Below are positions 50,449 through 62,514 of a stretch of DNA of 64,000 bases, piece by piece. A program made the translations under genes and the position numbers. This stretch comes from Epiperipatus broadwayi (lineage: Eukaryota; Animalia; Onychophora). The DNA is taken from positions 10,292,001-10,356,000 of the forward strand of contig JAQFVV010000009.1 of the NCBI GenBank assembly GCA_028023455.1, in the 5' to 3' direction. The stretch's first letter is position 1, and each line of letters opens with the position of its first letter. The notes under the pieces are model-generated. The model saw only the letters and a program-made list of their open reading frames with translations. It did not search any database and had not been told where the DNA came from.

Positions 50449-50829
50449 ATTTAATAAATTGTTGTTATTATTTATAGAATTGTTCAAGATAATTGTCCAA
50501 TATATCATATTCGAATTATATAATGTGTGCATATTTAATACTAACACATATTAAAGTTTTACATATTGAATAGTGGAAACAATGACAAAGTTCAGATTTT
50601 TTTGTTTATTCTCTTTGTCAAAAAAAAAAAATAATTAAAAACATGGATTTGCTTCTCATATTATCATATTGCAGATTAAAGTATGACTGTTTGAATTAAT
50701 TTCCATATAAATAATTGAAAGTCAGACAGAAGTGATTTATTTTTCAACCATATGTACATTTCTTTGCTGCTAAAGTATGTTACATCAATATAGTTAGTTC
50801 TGTGAAGTTTAAATTTATCATCCATGTTA

Positions 50830-51140
50830 CTACATATTATTTTGTACTGTATAATTTGATCTTCATATGTGTACTAGTGAAACCAGTCACTTCCTTGAAA
50901 AGTAATTAAATAAGACAAACTAGTTATTAAAAAACAAAAACCAGATGTATCCAAAGTAGCAGACCGTGTATATGCCAGTGAAGATATAATCGATTGGGAA
51001 AAGAGAAAAATGTTTGGCAGAGAGAGAAAAAGTACAAAGAAGAATATTTACAGAAGCTCCTCAAATATTAATGGTAAATAACCCCATGAGTTAATCTTGT
51101 GTAATAATTCATAATGTTTGGAGATCATACATTAACCTTG
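50830..51140 (+). mobile_element. Older PLE GIY-YIG scar
   Basis: TSETSHFLEK (Y.GET.R.L), KPDVSKVADRVYASEDIIDWEKRKMFGRE (SAVAEH...IDW), NVWRSYI. Confidence 0.5.
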
Positions 51141-52049
51141 CTCTTAAGGGAAAAAATGGAGAAATCAGTAGAGCTCATATATAAGTATATAAAATTTCTA
51201 CTTACTTTTGCCTTTATTCAATTACCATACTAATACTGTGATCTGACTAGAAGAAGAGAATGAATAATGGAATTTGAAGTATTGTGTTACATATAAAACT
51301 ATATGCTATTACTAACACTTAAATATACTTGAAATACTTGAAAGGTTTAAATAAAATTTGAATTTTTTAAAATATATTTAACAATTAATATTAGATGATA
51401 GAAATAATCCAACATATAATTATCACTAAAATATCATCATCACAAAGTTTTAGACAAACAATAAATAATGATAATAAATAAGAAAGTATTTTCTGAATAA
51501 AAATTGCATGGAGCCATGATATCTCCTATATTCTGTTTCTAGCACTCCTTGTGCATATTGTATATTGCATATAATAGCTCATATTTTGTTGACAAGCTTT
51601 GATTGCAATACTGTATGTACTGCTTACTGTATTGTTAGTGTCCAGTACTTTTTAATAGACCATAATATTATTTTTTTACTATATTATAAGAACAGCAAAC
51701 ATATAATACTTTTTATAGGAAAAGAAATATTGAGATGTGCTTTAATGTAATAAAATAATAACATCAAAAAATTTCATTTTTGAAATATGTACATGAATAA
51801 AGATAAAATGCTACAATTCTTGTGAATTTATAAGATATTTAAACACTGAAAATGACATGATGAGCTTTGATCCAGAGATCTTTAATTCACAAATCTGTTA
51901 CAATTTTGCTAAACTACCCAGAAAAAAAAGAGAGATCAAATGGTTAATAATTGTTACTAGTCACTCATTATACTAGAAATTATCCAACAATGAATAATAT
52001 TTCTGTGATATAATTTCTATTACACTACTCTGATGCAAGGTGGGAATGT

Positions 52050-52245
52050 TTTCTATCCACTTTTAGCATCTTGTGGAGGGATATCCGTAATCATAAACAT
52101 ACGATCAAAGACATGTGAAAAAGATCTATGATCCCCAAGATGCACATTTCGTGCTGAACCAGCACTCATCCGTTGCCCCAGATCACAATCTCTTACACAT
52201 ATTTTTAGTAGATTTTGTGATATTAAAGTTCCAGAAGTTACCATA
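52050..52245 (-). mobile_element. Solo fragment of the HH-470 family
   Basis: Flanks match the family (atgtgtaagagattgtgatctgg...; gatcatagatctttttcacatgt). Confidence 0.7.
52135..52175 (-). ncRNA. Type I hammerhead (HH-470 family), U4G-mutated
   Basis: CAA-CGGATGA-GTGCT(GGTTC)AGCAC-GAA-ATGTGCAT-C-TTGG; keeps the undecayed GCACGAAA and an AUC site. Confidence 0.82.
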
Positions 52246-55200
52246 TTGAATTTTAAACAACTACTTTATTAAATCACATTGGACAATAAATACATTGAAC
52301 ACTTAATTTATCTTGCCTTAATGCTATTGGCAGTTACTTCTCAGTATAAGAACAAGTTAGCAAGTGTAATTAAGTCTTTGCACTATTTAGTGTATTGAAA
52401 CTAAATTTATTGCTTTTCTGCAGCTTTTATTTCTAAAACTATTCAGTACAAATTACATAATTTAAGAACACCTAAACAATGGGGGGTGGGGAGAGACTAA
52501 ATCACTGGATAGCAGAAAAAAATGTTTCACTTTTTTTTGTTATTCATTAATATAATACAATATACTAGATATTTATGTATATTATATTTAAAATGATACT
52601 GTAACAAGCTGTCATACATGTTTTTTTTTAAGTTTTTTTTTGCCATTGCTAACATTATATTTATATACTTAGAGATCGAGCTTTTGTATTAGCAGGAAAC
52701 ATTTTTATCATAGAAATAAGCAGGCCCATAGAAGATGCCATTATGGTATGCACGATAAATGTGAAAACATGTTGCAGTAATTATGCAGTAAAATAGTGTA
52801 GTAATGGCAAGATTTGATTGTAGTTGATAGTAATTGTTTGCCACTACACTATTTTAGAATCTTAAATTTAGAACAGCATCAGAAAATAATATAACATTCT
52901 TGCATCATTAAGTCATGTATATATGTTTTGTGCTCTCAAACAGAACAACTACTGTATCTTAAAAATAATTACGAATTGTCAATACTATCAAAATATTTAG
53001 GATTTTAAATCTTATAAAATGATTATAAAATAACTTTGGAATAGCCCATTGATTGGAAAAGTTTCTCTAAAAGATATCCTAAGAAAAACAACGAAAAGAA
53101 AACATTAATTATAATTTTAGCAATTTTTTTAACCTAATTTATGTCTTTATAAGAATAACTACATATTACTAATTCCTAATTAGATATCCAAGTTGATTTG
53201 ACCATGGACTATCTACCTTAGAGAAAAGTCCAATTTATGAAAATTTTCTAGGTTTTATCTAGACCAAATTCGAGTCTTGTATCAACGGTATACTAGGAGG
53301 CATTCACTAATCATTAAGCATAAGATCCTTCTATCCTATGTTATATAAATAATTTTTGTTTTTAATTATTAGTAGTCGTCAGTAATTGTTTTATTCTTAA
53401 ATTTATCAAATCCCCGTCCCCCTCTCCTTATTGAAACAAAATATTTATTGCTATTATTTTTATAAAAATATTACAAAAAGTAATAGCCAGCAATAAATTA
53501 CTATTGTAATATATATTTTTTTGACTGCTTTGAGTTGATTCTCATCTCCTGTCATCAGCTTGTAATCACTAACCGTAATCTGCCATTAACACAAGTGTAA
53601 AAGTGACAGAGATAAATCTTAGATAATTTAGTAAGAGACTAAATTAAGATTTGAGAAATCAGGTTTTAGATTACTTTCGAAAACTAGATAACTATAATTA
53701 AATAAGAAATTCTATATATCAGAGAAGGAGAGTGAAATAGGTTATACTAAGTTAATTTTAAATAAATATTAAAATAATAGATTATATAAAATCTTTTTTA
53801 CAAAACATCATGTGGGACCCGAATACTAAAGAATTTTACTCTATGCAATGCGCTATTCTCTCTTTTTTTCAAATATTTCTATTGACTTCTCTTCATCATT
53901 AAAATTTTTAAAGAAAACAAAATTCGCGATATATAGTATTTAAAAGACGTGTGTTTTCAATTATAGCCAGTATCTAAGGAACTGTCTGTTTGAATATATG
54001 TATACCAGATTAAGATATTGAAGTAAGAAGATGCAATGGTTAGCTTCTTAATATAATTGTTGAGCTATTTTATAGTTAGACATTCATCATGTACATTAAG
54101 AAATACTAAAGTTTAGACTTGTATTATAAAATAATAAAGCTCCTTCCTTACATCGCCAAGAAGTATTCTACCATATTAAATTTTGGACTAATAATGTTTT
54201 AGAAACATATCCAAAATCTCTTTTTTTTTTATTTCTATTATAATTTTAGCTTAAATATAGAAAACTAAAACTAGGGGAAAACAATGGCAAGATTATAAAA
54301 GCAATCAATATGTTTTTCAACGTATTAAATGCATACTAAAGAGACCATTATTGTAAAATTTCTTTATCGAATTAAACATGTTAAAATGGATGAACAGTGC
54401 AATAGTTTCTGGGGAAAGGAAAATCTTCTTTATGTTATAAGGATTATCTCAAATATATTATCTGTTTACGCTTAAATTTAATATATTTGTATCTATTATG
54501 AAAATTTCCTTCTTTGTATTTCTACTTCCTGTCTCAATAAGAATTAGTCACAAGCTAAGATTTTTTGAAATTGAAAACATAACAAAATCTATCATGAGTT
54601 TACTTACATTAGTAAACTATACCAGAAGAAATATTGTAAATGATCACACAATTAAATTGGAGTCTAGTTTAAGAATATCATGTAAGACTGGTTAATATTT
54701 TAAAATAATATGTTGTTCATATTTTCAATGTATCATTGCTTAGAAATCCAGACTTGTTAAAAATATGTAAATAATTTTAATTATTATTTTCTTCTTTTTA
54801 ATCATAATTACATCAAATAATTCTCATTATATGATTGTATATTGGTAATTATAAGTTTTACATACAAATATCATTATAATTTCTTGCACATTTAATTTGA
54901 ATAATTATTAAAAATCTTGATAACAATATTAAAATTAAACCCAATTTATCAAGAACAATATTTGGATTATCTGCTCATTCTTGTCACAATATTTGGTTAA
55001 TATTCCAATTTTAAATTAAAAATCATATGTAGTTTTTTTATTTTTTATATTCATAAGTTAAATTATTATTCTATTAGTTAATTTTGCTAAATTCATATTT
55101 GTTTTATTCTTTGCACTCTGGTGATCAATCTGATTCACCCTTTCTATACTGAATTAAACTGGATATTGTGTTATATATATATATGTGCATGGTCTAAATT

Positions 55201-56495
55201 TATGCATAAATAATATTCTTAATCCAGACTTAAATTCAATTGTATAGTCATTTATAATATTTCATTTTTGTTTTATATTTCATCTTGATGTAGTTTTGTA
55301 ATAGAAATAAGCTCATAATAGATGAATAAATATTGTTGAAGGTGCAAATTTCAAAAAATCCAAAGATGTAACAAATTCTTGATCAGACAGTGTGTCATAA
55401 TGCAAAAAAAAGTAATCTTCACAACTGACTCTTGCAAAGTTGCTGTATTTAGAATGTAGCATTAAATGACAGCACTCATTCACATAAGCCTACTACAAGA
55501 GATCATTGACCTCTCCTAAAATTGTCTTTAGTAGTTCATTATTCAGCATTATATTGCTGCAGTGCTCTATAAAACAGATTATATTATTTCTGAATTGTAA
55601 AATAAAGCTGTTAATAATAAAAGAGTACCTAAGAATTTGGTCTCATGGTATTTTGAGGTAAACAACTGAGTATTTCCATCAGATAAATTTGACATGTGGA
55701 AGCCCAATAGCATTATACTTACTTGCATTTACTCAGTTTTATTATAATGTACATATAAAATTGAATTTTATCTAGAAAATCTAAGTACATAACTAATTTA
55801 TTTTTTTAACATATACAAATTAATAAATGTTTGTTTCTAATAGAAAAAAATACAGTGTACAATTATAACAATAATAATAGTTATTATTGCCAATGCTAGA
55901 AAAAGAAAAGTTTCTTTTGGAAAGAAAATCTATGGAAGGAAGAATATGTAAAGAGAACATGGTGTTGAGCAATATAATTTATCATTTATCTTGATATCTA
56001 TAGACTATTTAAATTATAAACAGCACTTAATATCTCAAAAGTTTATCACACATAAATGAATTATTGAATCAAAAAAAAAAAAAGACCCAAAGATAAAGAA
56101 AACACTGATTCTTTTTTTAAATTCATTTCTTTATTGGATTATAAAATATATTTATAATCAAAAGTATTTTTAAAAACATTAAGTAGCTATAAAAACAATA
56201 TAAAAATATAGTAATAAATTAATTTTCCCTTCACTAATAAAATTGTAATTATAAATATGCACTTTTTTAATTAAATAGTGAAGCTATTTAATACGAAAAA
56301 AAAGTCACATATTTATAATATAAATATAGAAAATTAGAATATTATATAAATATAGATAAATTACAATTTTATATAAAATAATAGCATTTGTTCTATTGTA
56401 AACTATCAAAACTATTACTTAAATCAAGCTACAAAGTGAAAGTTAAAAGAATTCAACATAATACATTATCTAATTCAAAATTTTTAATAATTTTT

Positions 56496-58320
56496 TGTAA
56501 CAGTCTGCCAGAAGACAGGGAAAAATATCTTACTACAGTCAGACTTAGAGTCTTCTGGTAGGATGCTGTGAATTTTCAGTGGCCTAGCTCTAAGTTCACA
56601 CATTAAATTTAGATACAATTTAGGCTAGTTTATCCATATTTCACCCCTTTTCAGATTCCATTATGCCTCAGTATTCAAACTCAGGGAAAAATTTGCCTTT
56701 GACTCTCTTCAGGGGTGAATTTACACTAGATAGAAACTACTGCACTTCTATACAGGTTCCAATTAATTTAAAGATCCATCCAAACCTATTACTATATTAT
56801 TACATAAGAATGAGATGTGTGTGTATGTATATATATCCAGTTATGAGTTGATGAATAAATGTATAAATGATTTTGATAAACTAGAGACCAATGTAATTTA
56901 AATCAAATTAACATTTATTTAACAACAAAACAAAAATTCAAAATTTTTAAACATGGTAAAATAATATAATTGTATATGTCAAGAATGTATTTCTACCATA
57001 TTAGCAATTAAATGTTTTCACTATTCCAACCCTTACCCATGGTAGAAGCACATAGATTGGCACTAATTATTTATAAAGTAAATAAATAAAAAAAATCTTT
57101 TATTAAATTGATCACAAAGTTAGCTAACTAATTTATAATATTATACAAATATATTCACAATAACCTTATCGTCCAATTGTAGTTTTTGCTGTTACATCTT
57201 CTTTGGGGACCCACCTCTATGTACAATTCTCAAAAGTTGATAGGAAAGAACATCCGCACTAGAAGATTTATCATTTATACCAAAAAAATAAAGATAAACA
57301 ATTGTTAATTAACAATAAAAAAATAAAACAGTGTCCTGTAGTAGTGTACTTGCTTAATATGGAATAGTATCAAATAATCTTACCTCATTTTATATCAGTG
57401 ATGATGATCAAATATCAAGTCTCTATGGAGAGAAAGCTGACCTAAATTTTATTTAACATAAAAAATATTTTGTCTAACTTACAAATATAATATATATATA
57501 AATCAAAATGTTCATTAATTCATCTTGTTTAATGTCCACGAGTTTAAAAATATGTCTCTTATGCATACAGTCTACCTCTCTTTGAATCATTCTTCCTCAG
57601 AAAGTCATTCATCACCTGCTAAAATTCCTTGGCAACATGGATGAAATGATAGTTTCCATTTTCTGCAGTTACTTCTCTTCTGGATCCATTTAGATATTTA
57701 GTGTAAGATATTTGATGTTTTTTAAGCATTACATAGGCAAGTAGATTAAATCATCATGCATCTATGGTAGGACTGTAGCAACCCAGCTCTATGGCAATAT
57801 TAATTTAGCCAGAATACATTGTATACCAGTTTGTAATAGATTTACTTCTTAATTTACTATTTGTCATTTAATGATTTACATAAGAAAAAAGTTACTTCAT
57901 CATTTATATATATGCTAGCAATGTTTTAATTCTCTTTTCTCCATGTTCTAATAATAGCACAGTTTTTATTTTTAAATTTTAATTTAAAATCAGTTCAGTT
58001 CTTTTGTCAAACCATACAAATTTATCAAACTTTTCTCTGTTTAAGTGTTGGTTGTAATTTCTTATAATTTTGCACTATGAAGATTACATGGATAAACTGG
58101 AATATTCAAGCAAATCATTCATTTTCTCTTGGATCTGAACATTCAATCTTTAAAAGTTAATTTTGTATAGTTCTTGTGCCCTTTATTCAAGCAAATCATT
58201 CATTTTCTCTTGGATTTAAACATTCAATATTTAAAAGTTAGTTTTGTATAGTTCTTGTGCCATTTGAAGAATAACATAAGATGATGGAAATGAACTGGGT
58301 TTGCTTTTATACCCCACTTA
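56496..58320. repeat. LTR-like repeat, left copy (minimum extent)
   Basis: Colinear with 62131-64000; contains a private 82-bp tandem at ~58103-58265. Confidence 0.8.
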
Positions 58321-59140
58321 GTTTCTGATATTTAGTATAGCAGCATTTCCATTTGCTTTTCTATTGCTGTAGCTGTCTATTGTTGTGTGTATTATATTGA
58401 TTGTAGTCAAAAAATAAAATTACATAATAGAATTCTACTTTTATCTTCCATATTTGGTTGCCTAGTGATTGGCTTGACATTAGATCATTACTTTGTTTAC
58501 TAAGTCTAAGTCTTTATTCATGACATTCAACACATTTATAAATAACTTATTGTTGGCATACATATATATAGGAAGAATTTCTTTTACTGAGTTTCTCTTT
58601 TTCATTAAACAAGGGAAATTAGTTCATTTGTGACATTTATTTAATTTAATGCTTAATAAAGCAAACATTAATCACACACACATAAATATATATGATTATA
58701 AAAAAATGATAGTGCATATTCAACTATCTCTTAGTTAAGCTTATGTTTTAACTGCATTTGATCTAGTAGTATGGATAAAAATAAAGGCTGATTTCAATAG
58801 GACTGTAAGCTATCCTTACAATTCCCCTATGCTTACAAGGTTAAATTTTATATAATCAAAATTTTAACACTTATATAATGTGTGTATTGATTTAGCATTG
58901 GATTGTTTTTGTTTTGTTTTTAAAGAAGAGTTATAAAGCCTACTTATCTTCTGATATTTCCTTGACTATATCTAAGTTCTTTCATAATTTTCTACTTCAT
59001 TAACTGCATTATAGTAAAGTTAGATTTATATATTGGTCTCTTTTATATGATAGTTATATGGTTCAAACTCAACTGGTAATGTGTCTCTATTACAGATGGC
59101 ACATAGTTAAACATATTAGCCTTCATCTTGCTCTCTTTTG

Positions 59141-59457
59141 AGATTTACTGGATTTTTCATAAGGACTAAACAAAATATTGAAGTGACTATCATTTGGTAT
59201 GGATCAACTCCTACATCTTGATTGGCTCTAAAGTATCCCAATAATTGCATTTGTGCTTACCTGGGTATACTCTCATCACAAATTAATGACCCTATATGTA
59301 AGATTTACTGGATTTTTCATAAGGACTAAACAAAATATTGAAGTGACCATCATTTGGTATGGATCAACTCCTACATCTTGGTTGGCTCTAAAGTATCCCA
59401 ATAATTGCATTTGCGCTTACCTGGGTATACTCTCATCACAAATTAATGACCCTATAT
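59141..59457. repeat. Near-perfect 160-bp tandem duplication
   Basis: agatttactggatttttcataaggac... at 59141 and 59301. Confidence 0.95.
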
Positions 59458-59619
59458 ATTTTTTGATGTCATCTTTTTCTTTCTAGTTTTAGCTAAAGAA
59501 ATTACCTATCTTTTCATTTGCACATAAGTCAAGTACATTAGTTATGTGGTCATTCTGACTGACTAAAATATGGCTTCATATTACATGCATTGCATGTTCC
59601 CTTAATTTCCCCTTCCACG

Positions 59620-60090
59620 TCTATCCAAAATCACTTGGACATTATTGTTTTATAATAGTAAATGGTCCTTCATATGGGTGATACAATTTGATATCTATTT
59701 CCTAGTGGTTTATTTATATAGGGCATTGGACTTTATCTCCTATCTTAAAGTTGTGTGTACTACTCTTCTTGTTTTTATTCCTTTGTTTGGTCTTATCCAT
59801 TAATGGTCTATACACTTTATGTATATTACTTTCCATGTCATTTTGAATATGTTTAACCATAGGTTGGTACTTAGTAAATAATGTTGCTTTTATATCACTC
59901 TTGGATTGCTTGGCTGGCCTATACTCTATGCATGGTTTATTGGCCATAAGCTGTGATTTAATAAAACATGTAGGTTCATCTATCCATGCTCTACTTGATT
60001 TTGAACATCTCTTCCTTGTGTTTGTGATGTCATCAGTTATTCTCTCTCTTTTTTTAAACATAATTGGGTTTGTTCTTTTGGGTTAGTCCA
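59620..60090 (-). pseudogene. Integrase C-terminal fragment with GPY/F motif
   Basis: HNFKIGDKV in ORF 59714-60061; KLYHPYEGPF at 59660-59689. Confidence 0.7.
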
Positions 60091-60169
60091 GTTTATATGT
60101 TCCAAGTCACAATCCTTGAGGTCCATTTTTAATATTTGCTTATTAAGCATCATTATTCATATGCTAAAT

Positions 60170-60573
60170 AAATGGGACTGGGGACATTTTTATTTCTTGA
60201 TTTTTAATATCATTATATCCATTGTTCTCCAATGGGTTTCTATATTTTGATCATCCCCTTGGTTATCGAGAAAATTTAAATGTCATAATATAGGTCTGTT
60301 CACTTCATTTGTGTCTTCAAAATTGGTCTTTCTATTGTGACAACCTTCTTTTGTGGCAGCCATTATATACATAACTTATGGGAATGGGGACCTTTTTATT
60401 TCTTAATTTGTAATATCGTTATATCCATTGGTCTCCAATGTTCTTCTATATTTTGACCATCCCCTTGGTTAATGAGAAAATTTAAATGTCATAATATAAG
60501 TCTGTTCACTTCATTTGTGTCTTCAAAATTGGTCTTTCTATTGTGACAACCTTCTTTTGTGGCAGCCATTATA
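60170..60573. repeat. ~206-bp tandem duplication in the retroelement interior
   Basis: aaaatttaaatgtcataatata..gtctgttcacttcatttgtgtcttcaaaattgg at 60271 and 60477. Confidence 0.9.
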
Positions 60574-60574
60574 A

Positions 60575-61500
60575 TTAGTAATGCCCTGGTCTGATAGTTG
60601 TCATTCAGTTCAACAACATCTGGTCTGAAAAACATGTAAACTTCTTTTTGTTGGTAAATGCAAATGTTTTGGGATGATTCCAAATATACATCCAATTCAT
60701 TTACCATCACACCTTCTTTCATGTATTCTTTCATAATGTCTTTGGAATATAGGGTCACCTCAACTCTCACATGTTCATCATTTGACTTGGGATTAATGTG
60801 AAAATCCTGTGGGGTTAATTTCACTTGACATTCCAGAGTATCATTTGACAGTTCTTCTCTCAGCTCGTGAGGTTCACAATATAACTTAAATTGTACATTA
60901 TCCACAGGCTGATTCATAGAGTGGTTTGAGCTCTCTACCTGACTTTGTGGATTGCATTGGTTTTCTATCAATGTTGCTAATGTCTTTGTGTTCTGAAAGC
61001 TTTCTGCCTCTATCCTTCATCCTGAGTTTTTCAGAACAGGTTTAACTACTTCAACAATGATATGATGATTCTCTATCATCACTCTGCTGTGTGGCAGTGT
61101 GATGCATTTTGTTGCATTTAATGTTCATTCGACTAACAGTGGTACACTTGATTGCTTTATTTTTATTTTTGAACAGGCCTTAATATTATTCATATTTGCC
61201 TTTGAATCTCCCCACATATGGTTCATCTCTTCTGTCATATACCTCATGTCATCTCTAAGGCTACTTATGTTACTATTCACTTCCTCTCTGATACTGCTTA
61301 GGCTACTGTTCATATTATGATTCCTGATTTTTACAGACCTTTGGAGCATCTGTTACATCATTGTCATCTCTCCTGTAACTTGTGCTATTTTGCTTTCAGG
61401 TACATGGGCCATCTCATCATAAAGTGCTCTTTGAGTTTGAGGTAACACTTGATCTGTGATATGTGCCTGTGGAGGGTGATCAACTTTGGTCATAGACCCC
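60575..61500 (-). pseudogene. Broken gag-like ORF (N-terminal coiled coil)
   Basis: ORFs 61125-61349 (SSIREEVNSNISSLRDDMRYMTEEMN) and 60489-60971; located between LTR-like repeat and integrase; no diagnostic motif. Confidence 0.45.
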
Positions 61501-62130
61501 CAGATATTTGAGTCCATACAGATGCCTCCCCAATACTAAAAAATATTATCTTCTACTTTGCTAACACTGGTACTTTGTTGTTCTCCAGAAGGTTTTATAT
61601 CTTTGCTTAATAAATGCTTTCTACTTCTAGTTATCATCAAATTTTTTTTATCAAGTTATTTCTTCCTCCATAGATGCAAATAAATACATGTCATAGGACC
61701 TTCACCCATTCCTTGCCATTCAGTGCTTATATTTAACTTCTCTCTGTATTTTTATTTGTGTATGTGTTGTTTTTAAATGCCTACTTTTTTAGCCTGTCTT
61801 TTTATTTGCCTAATTTACTTATTTTAGTTAATTATTTATTTATGGTCTCAGTTTATCATTTCATTCTCATTGGTTAATTTATTCAATGATTCACACAATG
61901 TTTTTCCTTTTTTTTTTTTTGAATTGTTGTTTGGAAATGGTCTAAGTTCATGAGTCTCATTGTTTTATGTTTGGGTGTATCAGTTGGTTATTATCCAGAT
62001 AAATCCATCAGGTTTATATACTATATAAATTTGACAAAAGAATGAACTAGATTTTTTTTTAAAAAAAATTGACTAATCCATGCCTGGAACTCCTTAGAAG
62101 AAACTCCTATTTTGTCCCCCTAAAGTTTGG

Positions 62131-62477
62131 AGTAACAATCCACCAGAAGATGGGGAATGCATCTTACTATGATTGGACCTAGGGTCTTCTGATAGGATGT
62201 TGTGACCTACACTATGATCATATCTACCTCCAATGGACTAGCTCTAAGTTCATATAGTTCATTCTTATCTCACTCCTCTTTTGGATTCAATTATGCCTCT
62301 GTATTCAAATTCAGGGAGAAGTTTACCCTTGGCTCTCTTTAGGGGTGAATTTACACTAGATATCAACTACTGCACCTCTGTACAGGTTACAATTAATTTA
62401 AAGATTCATCCAAACTTATTACTATATTATTATGCATAGAAATGAGATGTGTGTATGTATATATATATATTATATAT

Positions 62478-62514
<37 letters not shown>

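Larger units (their letters stand above)
48570..50567 (-). mobile_element. 5'-truncated Penelope-like element (RT + GIY-YIG) with inverted pLTR
   Basis: FANAKTHKEGVPLRLMINF, ALDVAELY, GWPMGLPMSG, YARHVDDIF, HAVYKIACSKNNCPAAYYGETKASVQTR; inverted arms 48609-48762 and 50412-50568; 12-bp TSD GAATAGTGGAAA at 48558-69 and 50568-79; (AT)n 3' end; frameshifted. Confidence 0.93.

Noticed and set aside
10761-60573. CRISPR-like arrays
   Set aside because: All tandem repeats are 2-copy head-to-tail duplications without unique spacers; eukaryotic context and no cas genes.
62128-62145. Minus-strand TGGTGGATTGTTACTCCA as a PBS
   Set aside because: Overlaps the LTR-like repeat itself and does not continue as a tRNA 3' end (no T-arm complement).
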